Source: an uncultured Candidatus Saccharibacteria bacterium
GTDB lineage: Bacteria; Patescibacteriota; Minisyncoccia; Minisyncoccales; JAGGXC01
DNA: 47,753 bases
Assembly: GCA_964470765.1 (NCBI GenBank)
Contig: CAYYDV010000002.1
Coordinates: 1-47,753, forward strand
Direction: 5' to 3'
Positions 41,573 through 47,753 of the stretch are shown here, one piece after another; within the stretch, counting starts at the first letter, position 1, and each line of letters starts with the position of its first letter. A model generated the notes under the pieces. That model did not search any database. It was given only the letters and a program-made list of their open reading frames with translations, and had not been told where the DNA came from. The position numbers and the translations under genes are program-made.

Positions 41573-43264
41573 CTACCAATTAGCTAGTTTATTCACGATC
41601 TGACGAGTTAAAGGACCGAAAAATCCAGTCCCCTTCTCTAATTCTAAGGGAGCTAAAATGTCAGCAGTGTATTTTTCCTGAAAACGAATCACCGCAGCTT
41701 CAGTTAAAGCAAGAAAGTTGCCGGTCACCAAACCTTCAGGATAAACCTTGGCTCCTTGGGTCTTCAAGAATTCCTGCAAACATCTAACTTGATTATTATT
41801 TTTCAACCCATAAAAGAGGTCTTGTTCAAATTTCTGACAGGCAAGTTCTTTCTGCAAAATAGCATTGATCTGAGCTTGGACTCTAGCTATTTCTGCTTCA
41901 AGAAAAGCGATTTGTTCCAAAAGCAATTTAATAGTTTGGTCTTCTTCTATCGCTGAAGCTTCAAAGGAAAAAGAATGAGCTAATTCTGACTCGCCGAAAT
42001 CTGTGGTTTTTTCTTGGGTAAAAAGAATAAGAGTTAGAGAATCGTATCCGTTCCCAAAGTCAGGAACAGTAATTGTTCCCTTTTGTTGACCATCTAGAGT
42101 TAAAGTTCTAAGAGAACATTCTTTTGATTTTTTACAAAGCAAATAAGAAATATAGAAATCAACCCTGTCAATGCCGTCAAAATCCACCTTCAAGCTTCCC
42201 TTCCCTCCCATTAATTTATACCAATGACCCGACCAATCCTTTATATAATCCTCAATCTTTAAATTAGCTTTACTAACAAAAGGAAGGAAGTTAAGAGAAG
42301 GAACAATCCGTAAATCGGTCAAGTTTTCGTTCTGGTAGCAATATTTCTCACCAAGAGAGCAATCATTAACTAAAACAGCGATAGTCCAATCATGAAAAAT
42401 CTGAGAAAAATCTTCTTCAAAACCATTTTCTGCCAAAGCTTCGTTTAAACTTTCAATACCGGATTCTTTTGACCTCAAGGAATCAATTAGAATTTCGGCT
42501 CCATAATAATCAGTAAGATATTGAGTAAAAACATTTGCAATTCCATAATCATAAATCTTACTTTGCCATTCAGTTAAAGAATCAGAAGGCTTATTTAAAA
42601 ACCTCTCTACTCTCTTTTGAAGATTACTTCCCTTATATTCTGAATCATAGCCTAATAAAGTTGGGGCATAATCAGCCCTAGCTTCATCTAACCAAATTTC
42701 TTCCTGAACACCGTATTTTTTTTCTTTCTGATTAAAAGTAATCAGGTGAACAAATTCGTGAGCAAGAAAACTTTTAGCTAATGGATCAGTAATATAATCG
42801 GTGTTTAAATAAATCATTTCTCTTTCGTTTGAGTCTGGATTTTGTAATCTAGGATATTCGTCGCCATTTTTAAAATATCCAGCAACTTCATTCTTCATTC
42901 GATGAAATAATACTGTAATTCTTTCATCATCATCAATTCCTGGTTTCCACTCAGAACCAAAAGTAGAAGTCAAGGTAGGATAAATTTCACCTTCAAACAC
43001 CTCAGATAAAGAACTGAAAGCTGCTTTAATCTCTGTCTGCCGCTCTGCACTAACCTTATTCCACCAATCATCATCGATATAGAAATAGAGCTGATTGCCC
43101 TTGAACCGTAAAGTAGCAGTAGCGCTATCTTTATTTCTAAAATCATAAGAAGGTTCGATGAAAAAATCTTCCTTCTCCCCCACAGAGTCAGCTTTAATAA
43201 AAAAAGGCAGAGTTAGAAATAACGTAAGAAACAAAAAAAATTTTATTGGAAATCTTCTTCTCAT
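41573..43264 (-). CDS. Secreted putative zinc metallopeptidase (HExxH) with a C-terminal coiled coil and peptidoglycan-binding (PG_binding_1-like) domain
   Basis: 563 aa. The signal peptide is MRRRFPIKFFLFLTLFLTLPFFIKADS. LAHEFVHLI is followed by WLDEARADY (a possible third-ligand Glu), then the coiled coil LLEQIAFLEAEIARVQAQINAIL. The C-terminus is VRCLQEFLKTQG...AVIRFQEKYTADILAPLELEKGTGFFGPLTRQIVNKL. Confidence 0.65.
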   Translation of the reverse strand: MRRRFPIKFFLFLTLFLTLPFFIKADSVGEKEDFFIEPSYDFRNKDSATATLRFKGNQLYFYIDDDWWNKVSAERQTEIKAAFSSLSEVFEGEIYPTLTSTFGSEWKPGIDDDERITVLFHRMKNEVAGYFKNGDEYPRLQNPDSNEREMIYLNTDYITDPLAKSFLAHEFVHLITFNQKEKKYGVQEEIWLDEARADYAPTLLGYDSEYKGSNLQKRVERFLNKPSDSLTEWQSKIYDYGIANVFTQYLTDYYGAEILIDSLRSKESGIESLNEALAENGFEEDFSQIFHDWTIAVLVNDCSLGEKYCYQNENLTDLRIVPSLNFLPFVSKANLKIEDYIKDWSGHWYKLMGGKGSLKVDFDGIDRVDFYISYLLCKKSKECSLRTLTLDGQQKGTITVPDFGNGYDSLTLILFTQEKTTDFGESELAHSFSFEASAIEEDQTIKLLLEQIAFLEAEIARVQAQINAILQKELACQKFEQDLFYGLKNNNQVRCLQEFLKTQGAKVYPEGLVTGNFLALTEAAVIRFQEKYTADILAPLELEKGTGFFGPLTRQIVNKLANW

Positions 43265-43377
43265 TTTTTAAATTTCTTTATCATAATTAATACAAGTTTT
43301 GTCTGACGACACAAAAATTTCTTTTTTTATTTCATTTATATTAACATACTTTTAAAAAAGATTGAAATTTCCTAGCT

Positions 43378-43404
43378 AAAAATGCCCTCAAAGAAATTGA
43401 GGGC
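43378..43404 (-). terminator. Probable rho-independent terminator after 43433..44506
   Basis: The minus-strand RNA is gccctcaa-tttct-ttgagggc (8-bp stem), followed by atttttagc. Confidence 0.55.
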
Positions 43405-43432
43405 GCCAGTTTCTTATTTCAGTTTTTAAAAA

Positions 43433-44506
43433 TTATCTGCCTAACAAAGAATTCAATTTTGCTCTTGTCGTCCTTCCTACGAAACCAGTTCCTGTGGTTA
43501 TTTCAAAAGGAACTAAAATTTCAGAACTATACTTTTCTTGAAATTCAATAACAGATTGTTTTGTAATAGAACCAAACCAACCAGTAGCAGAGATATCTAT
43601 CGGATAAGTAGGAGGACCTATTTCTTTTTTTAAGATGATTTGAAGATATTTAACTTCATCTGGACTATCCCCGTATCTAAGATTGTTCTCAAAAGTGAAA
43701 TCTGATGGAATTCCTTCGTAGACCGTCTCTCCAGTAACTTCAGATAATTCAGCTTTTAATACATTAATCTGAGCTAAAATTTCAGCAATCTTAGTTTCTA
43801 ATTCCTCAGTGGTCATTTCACTAATTGGTTTCTCCTCAGCTTCTTCTTCCTCTTCTTCCTCCTGTTCTTCTGTCAGTTCTTCTTCCGGCTCTTCTTCTGT
43901 TTCTTCTTCTTCTATTATTTCTTCCTCTGTTATTTCCTCACCTAAAATAACAAAGTAAGTACATTGATCAGTATTAGCTGTCAAAATATTGCTTTCTGCA
44001 TTAACAATAGTTTCTAGGGCAACCCACTTTAAATCAGCATTATTCCAATAATTAATAGCTAATGTTGACTCATCTAAATCTTCTATTTGTTTATCAATAT
44101 AAGTTATAGTTGTAGTAACTTCCTTTTCAAAAACATTAATTCCTGTCCACGGTGTCCACGACGTAACGGCTTTAAATTTATAAAAATCGCCAACAATATA
44201 CTTGTCTGAAGGCACTTTTTTTCTATATGCAGACATCACTAAGCTTGCTCTCTCTTTTAAGGTTATGGTGAAAGTGGTAATTCCAGGAACAGCATTAGGA
44301 GGAAACTCTACTGAAACCTTATTTAGCTTAACACTGCTCATACTTAATTTCCCACCATCTTCAGGAGTAATTTTAGTTCTTGCTATTGCCTCAACTATTT
44401 CTGATGTCAAGACCATCACAACCATTGAACATATAACTATAGTTAAAATAAAAAGAGAAAGTAATATTGTTTTAGGAAGATTTAAAGAATTATTTTTTAG
44501 AAACAT
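43433..44506 (-). CDS. Membrane-anchored exported protein with a poly-acidic (Glu-rich) linker, coiled coil and C-terminal PG_binding_1-like domain
   Basis: The N-terminal TM is TILLSLFILTIVICSMVVMVL. The Glu-rich tract is EEITEEEIIEEEETEEEPEEELTEEQEEEEEEEAEE and the coiled coil is TEELETKIAEILAQINVLKAEL. The C-terminus is VKYLQIILKKE...SVIEFQEKYSSEILVPFEITTGTGFVGRTTRAKLNSLL. The track start at 44539 is a TTG; the first ATG is at 44506. Confidence 0.65.
   Translation of the reverse strand: MFLKNNSLNLPKTILLSLFILTIVICSMVVMVLTSEIVEAIARTKITPEDGGKLSMSSVKLNKVSVEFPPNAVPGITTFTITLKERASLVMSAYRKKVPSDKYIVGDFYKFKAVTSWTPWTGINVFEKEVTTTITYIDKQIEDLDESTLAINYWNNADLKWVALETIVNAESNILTANTDQCTYFVILGEEITEEEIIEEEETEEEPEEELTEEQEEEEEEEAEEKPISEMTTEELETKIAEILAQINVLKAELSEVTGETVYEGIPSDFTFENNLRYGDSPDEVKYLQIILKKEIGPPTYPIDISATGWFGSITKQSVIEFQEKYSSEILVPFEITTGTGFVGRTTRAKLNSLLGR
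43829..43939. repeat. Low-complexity GAA/GAG-rich (plus strand: ttc/ctc) tract encoding the poly-Glu linker
   Basis: The plus strand reads cttcttcttcctcttcttcctcctgttcttc...ttcttcttcttc, corresponding to aa 201-237 numbered from the ORF-track start at 44539. Confidence 0.8.
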
Positions 44507-44599
44507 TTTAATATAAATTAAAACTTTTATAAATATCAACCTTTTAAATTTTAAACTCTATTATTTCATTATCTAAGGTTATAAAGATTTGTCAATAAA

Positions 44600-44636
44600 G
44601 AAAAAAAGGAAAAACCCCGACAAATCGGGGTTTTTC
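44600..44636 (-). terminator. Rho-independent terminator after the large surface-protein gene
   Basis: The minus-strand RNA is aaaaaccccga-tttg-tcggggttttt, followed by cc and T7 (plus strand a7 at 44601-44607). Confidence 0.8.
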
Positions 44637-44695
44637 CAGTTCATCCCGCTCAATCTTCCACAAGGAAGAAGATGCAGGTCTATTTCTGGTAATTA

Positions 44696-47600
44696 CTACT
44701 TGACAAGTGTGCCAGCATGAATATCATTCTTGAAGACCTGAGCTGTCTCGACATAATCAGCGTCATTGTAGTTAATGCTCCAGATAATATCTGATCCGTC
44801 AGCATCAAGCCAGAGGTGGATGTAATCACCTGTAGTTATAAATCCTGGAGTGTCAACGTAGAAGTATAACTGTCTGGTCGCACCAGCTGGGACAACAAAG
44901 TCTTTTTCGCTGAAATCAATACTGATATTGGTTTGACCTGCAAGATAAGCTGTACTGGTAGAATCTAACAGTTCACCATCTTGATCTTTAACAGTTATAT
45001 TAGCAAGAGCAGCAGTTGTTGACGCACCATCAAGGCTTGATATTTGGACGTAAAGCACATCGTCTTCAGTACCACCACTAGGATCAGCTGCACCATCCCA
45101 GGTAATATCCTTGTTTCCCGCAGCTGTTACGTCAAGAATAGCTAACAGCATGCTGGATTGAGGAATAAGATCACCAGTTGGAGAATTTGCGTTAACAGAA
45201 AATATTGGGTAACTCTCATACAGTGTGGAGGAAGCAGCATCAACGCTGGCATTGTCAGGATCTACTGCCTGGCCAGAAGCCAAACCAGTAAGATCAACGT
45301 CACCACTAGCAGCAATACTTACTCGAATAGTGTCCTTGTTCTTAACATCTGTATTGTCAATATTGTCAAAGAGGGCTTTAACAGTAATCAATTCATAACC
45401 ATCAGCCGGAATAGTAACTGTACCATCAGTAACCTGAATCGAAGCCGTGGCAGCACCGGGAGCGGTTCCCAGAAGAGTATCGCCGTGATAGAAATAGTAA
45501 GTGTCTACAATGTCTCCAGTACCATCATCAGTAATCAGGATGCTGTCAAGGTCAAGGTCTTCAATAGCATGAGTAGTAGTAGCTTGAATCTTAAAGATAG
45601 CTACCGTAGCTAATTCTGCATCAAGCAAAAGCGCGGAGGATGGTGAAGAAGCATCAACTAATACATCGGCATCTCCTTTGTCGGTTACGGTCATCGTCTG
45701 ACCACTACCACCAGGAGTAACGCTAACCGTTTCTCCAGTATCAGCACCGTAAGCTGTAACGTCAGCAGCGTCTGTATCTAAGAACCATGTATGCGAACTA
45801 CTAGCATTTTCATCAGTGGCTAAATCAGCAAGTAAGGCAATTCTAACAAAGGTGGCTTTAGGTACTGTTATTGGATCAGTCAAGGTAAAGCTGTGCGTGT
45901 CACTCTCGTCTGGTTGCTCGGTATTAGTTACCTTGGTTTCATAGGCATCACCCCGGTCACTGTTGGCTGAAGTTAAATCAGCCCAAATTTCAGCATTATC
46001 AATTTTGGCTTTATGAGAGGTACTGTTGGAACTGGTAGCATCTTCAAGAACTATAGCTGTAACAATAACATCTTCTCCGGAAGCACCAGCATCTAAACTG
46101 GCAGTCATCCAGATATAATCAGTTATGCCTCTAGCTATGGTTCTGGCTGGTGGATAAGTAAGAGTAGTAGCTACTAAATTACGGGCAGCAACGGTTTGAC
46201 GATTACCCTCAACCGCACCAGTTGGTGTAATAGTCGGTGCTTCGTTACTAGTCATACCCTTGGCAGTAATATCAGTAGCAACAGCATCAATACCACATTC
46301 AACGTAATCGCCGGTACCAGCAGCATCGGCAATCTTTGCCTTTACTGTATACTGATGGGTTCCTACCGGGACGATAAAGGTATCAGTGTAGTTTATGTGA
46401 GCATCAGGATCAGCAGTAGAAGAAGTAGCAACATCGTTAGGCCCACAAACAATATCTCCGTCTTCATCAACAATCTTAACAAGAGTGATTTCGTCATAAG
46501 TTATACCGCTTAAATCAAAGTCAAGAGTAAGAGCGGTAATTCTAATCTCTTCACCGGTAGCAGTAAAGTCAAATATTACCAGAGCTTGGTCATCACCCGC
46601 AGCAATATTGCCGGTAGCCGGTGTTGACGCTGACTTGGAAACATTTAAAGTACCTGCATTAATGGTCTGGTCATTACTACCATCACCGTCTCCAGTCCAG
46701 GTAGGAGTGACGTAGAAGCCATAGGTATTACCCTTAACAGAAGCTAAAACATCAGTTCCGTCCTCACCATCAGCATTTACAGTCAAACCAGCTCCGTCAA
46801 CAATATCCACCATTATCTTAAAGCGGTGTTTTTCTCCTTTAGCAATAGAAATATTCAAGTCAGACCAGCTAGCTTTACCTTCGGAACTCCAGCTTTCTAC
46901 TGTACCTAAACTCTTACTGTCAGTAACAGAATATAATTCAATGTTTTCAATGTCGCTCAAACCAGCAGTTCCCGTTTCCAAAACTGTAAGTGATTCTAAA
47001 GTAACGCCTTCGGTAGCACCGGCTGTTAGCGTGAAGTTGTTGACTATAACGTCGGTGTCGCCGACATCAGGTTTAGAATCAATAGTAGTAGGACTCTCAG
47101 CAAAAACAGCTGAACCAATGGTTAAGGTTACTACAGACATTGGATTTCCATTAACAGGAAAGTCACCGGTTACTTCTTCAGCGTCACAAATAATATCGTC
47201 AGCTGAAGCAATACCCAGAGTTGCTGTTTTACCAGCTGTGGCTCCGTCAATAAATCCAGCTCGAATATAGTAACTCTCGCTTTCGCCAGCCTCAATGACT
47301 AATTTAGGCGTGAAGTAAAGCCTTGCCTGGCTAGCAACATTAAAACTGCCGACACTGCCATGATAAACTCCGTCTATGTCATAAATTTTAACATTTTCAA
47401 GGTCAGAATTAGCAGTCAAGCCGCTTCGAGTTACGTATATCTTGGTGATGGAAACATCATCGTCGCCAGCGGTAAGGGTAAACTTAGTAAAGTAAGCATT
47501 AGCATTGTCAGCAATAGTAGCAGATTCAGGAGTGTCAGCAGCTAAATCTATTTGCAAGGCACTACCTTCAACCGGTGTTACTGATTCTAAGGTACATACT

Positions 47601-47753
47601 TCTGATACACACTCATAACCTGTAGCGCAATCAGCATCAGTTGTACATTCCACCGTAGGTCCACCAGCAGCTAAAAGAGTATTCAACTTAGCTCTACTAG
47701 TTGAACCAATATAACCAGTTCCACTTGTTAAGCCCCAAGAAGCCAAAACTTCA
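44696..47753 (-). CDS. Very large acidic Thr/Asp/Ala/Gly/Val-rich repeat surface protein (S-layer/adhesin-like), 5'-partial; the N-terminus lies beyond the right window edge
   Basis: The frame is open to the last base of the window. The track M at 47746 is an internal TTG, and upstream codons read ...EVLASWGL. The first visible residues, GLTSGTGYIGSTSRAKLNTLL, match the end of the PG_binding_1-like module of the two preceding genes. A Cys-knot-like ECTTDADCATGYECVSEVC follows, then about 950 aa of beta-strand-like repeats with almost no Lys/Arg runs. Confidence 0.7.
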   Translation of the reverse strand, partial: EVLASWGLTSGTGYIGSTSRAKLNTLLAAGGPTVECTTDADCATGYECVSEVCTLESVTPVEGSALQIDLAADTPESATIADNANAYFTKFTLTAGDDDVSITKIYVTRSGLTANSDLENVKIYDIDGVYHGSVGSFNVASQARLYFTPKLVIEAGESESYYIRAGFIDGATAGKTATLGIASADDIICDAEEVTGDFPVNGNPMSVVTLTIGSAVFAESPTTIDSKPDVGDTDVIVNNFTLTAGATEGVTLESLTVLETGTAGLSDIENIELYSVTDSKSLGTVESWSSEGKASWSDLNISIAKGEKHRFKIMVDIVDGAGLTVNADGEDGTDVLASVKGNTYGFYVTPTWTGDGDGSNDQTINAGTLNVSKSASTPATGNIAAGDDQALVIFDFTATGEEIRITALTLDFDLSGITYDEITLVKIVDEDGDIVCGPNDVATSSTADPDAHINYTDTFIVPVGTHQYTVKAKIADAAGTGDYVECGIDAVATDITAKGMTSNEAPTITPTGAVEGNRQTVAARNLVATTLTYPPARTIARGITDYIWMTASLDAGASGEDVIVTAIVLEDATSSNSTSHKAKIDNAEIWADLTSANSDRGDAYETKVTNTEQPDESDTHSFTLTDPITVPKATFVRIALLADLATDENASSSHTWFLDTDAADVTAYGADTGETVSVTPGGSGQTMTVTDKGDADVLVDASSPSSALLLDAELATVAIFKIQATTTHAIEDLDLDSILITDDGTGDIVDTYYFYHGDTLLGTAPGAATASIQVTDGTVTIPADGYELITVKALFDNIDNTDVKNKDTIRVSIAASGDVDLTGLASGQAVDPDNASVDAASSTLYESYPIFSVNANSPTGDLIPQSSMLLAILDVTAAGNKDITWDGAADPSGGTEDDVLYVQISSLDGASTTAALANITVKDQDGELLDSTSTAYLAGQTNISIDFSEKDFVVPAGATRQLYFYVDTPGFITTGDYIHLWLDADGSDIIWSINYNDADYVETAQVFKNDIHAGTLVK

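Noticed and set aside
44696-47753. Higher G+C of the surface-protein gene as evidence of horizontal transfer
   Set aside because: A hand count of one 60-nt line (44701-44760) gave 26 G+C. A line inside the conserved gmd gene (10201-10260) also gave 26. The shift is better explained by amino-acid composition (Ala/Gly/Thr/Asp-rich) than by foreign origin, and a proper windowed GC and codon analysis is needed.
1-47753. Known defence systems, toxin-antitoxin pairs, secretion systems or mobile elements
   Set aside because: I recognised no nuclease, helicase, ATPase, reverse-transcriptase, methylase-restriction, Cas, integrase or transposase motifs in any ORF. Apart from the transporters, the HTH protein and the three envelope proteins, every sizeable ORF has a plausible sugar-pathway assignment or is an uncharacterised protein embedded in the glycan array.

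Overview
AT-rich, very gene-dense bacterial window. Almost every gene is on the minus strand, with short gaps or small overlaps, so it reads as a few very long operons. The lysine/isoleucine/asparagine-rich proteome, the small excisionase-type HTH gene and the secreted proteins with peptidoglycan-binding domains suggest a Patescibacteria/CPR-like organism; that is inference only. The standard genetic code applies: TGA terminates the gene ending at 16591 and an intrinsic terminator follows it. About 40 kb (1-41100) is one large mosaic locus for surface-glycan biosynthesis. (i) It has four cobalamin-type radical SAM genes, one remnant of a fifth and one non-B12 radical SAM gene. (ii) A DUF4430 (transcobalamin-like) exported protein and a small multi-TM protein sit between the left-hand B12 enzymes, and I read them as a possible corrinoid-scavenging pair. 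(iii) gmd and fcl (GDP-fucose) are present. (iv) One gene set follows Arn-like logic: DegT aminotransferase, formyltransferase, polyprenyl-phosphate GT2, GT-C transferase and DMT transporter. (v) There are two nonulosonic/ulosonic-acid modules. One is classical (NeuB with SAF domain, DegT, SpsF-like cytidylyltransferase). The other is unusual (SAF-less NeuB-like synthase, GmhA-like SIS isomerase, class-III aminotransferase, VOC protein, two methyltransferases, two radical SAM enzymes, NeuA-like cytidylyltransferase). (vi) Three uncharacterised proteins carry a bacterial sialyltransferase-type HP motif. (vii) A GlpT-like MFS transporter, a CDP-alcohol phosphotransferase and a LicC-like nucleotidyltransferase form a further module. 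(viii) A Wzx-type flippase is present. The locus carries several scars: four truncated gene remnants, one apparently frameshifted transferase, and a 91-nt direct repeat bracketing a four-gene cassette. The right end (41573-47753) encodes three consecutive exported proteins that share a peptidoglycan-binding-type module. The last is a >1000-aa acidic Thr/Asp/Ala/Gly-rich repeat protein that runs off the window and is a plausible S-layer/adhesin and glycosylation target. Non-coding features include a 28-nt hairpin repeat (three copies, with a compensatory stem change), a long inverted repeat, phased decamer repeats over a predicted promoter, two near-consensus sigma70-type promoters and three intrinsic terminators. 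I recognised no rRNA, tRNA, CRISPR array, transposase, integrase or known defence system. All family calls come from reading motifs by eye; no database search was run.
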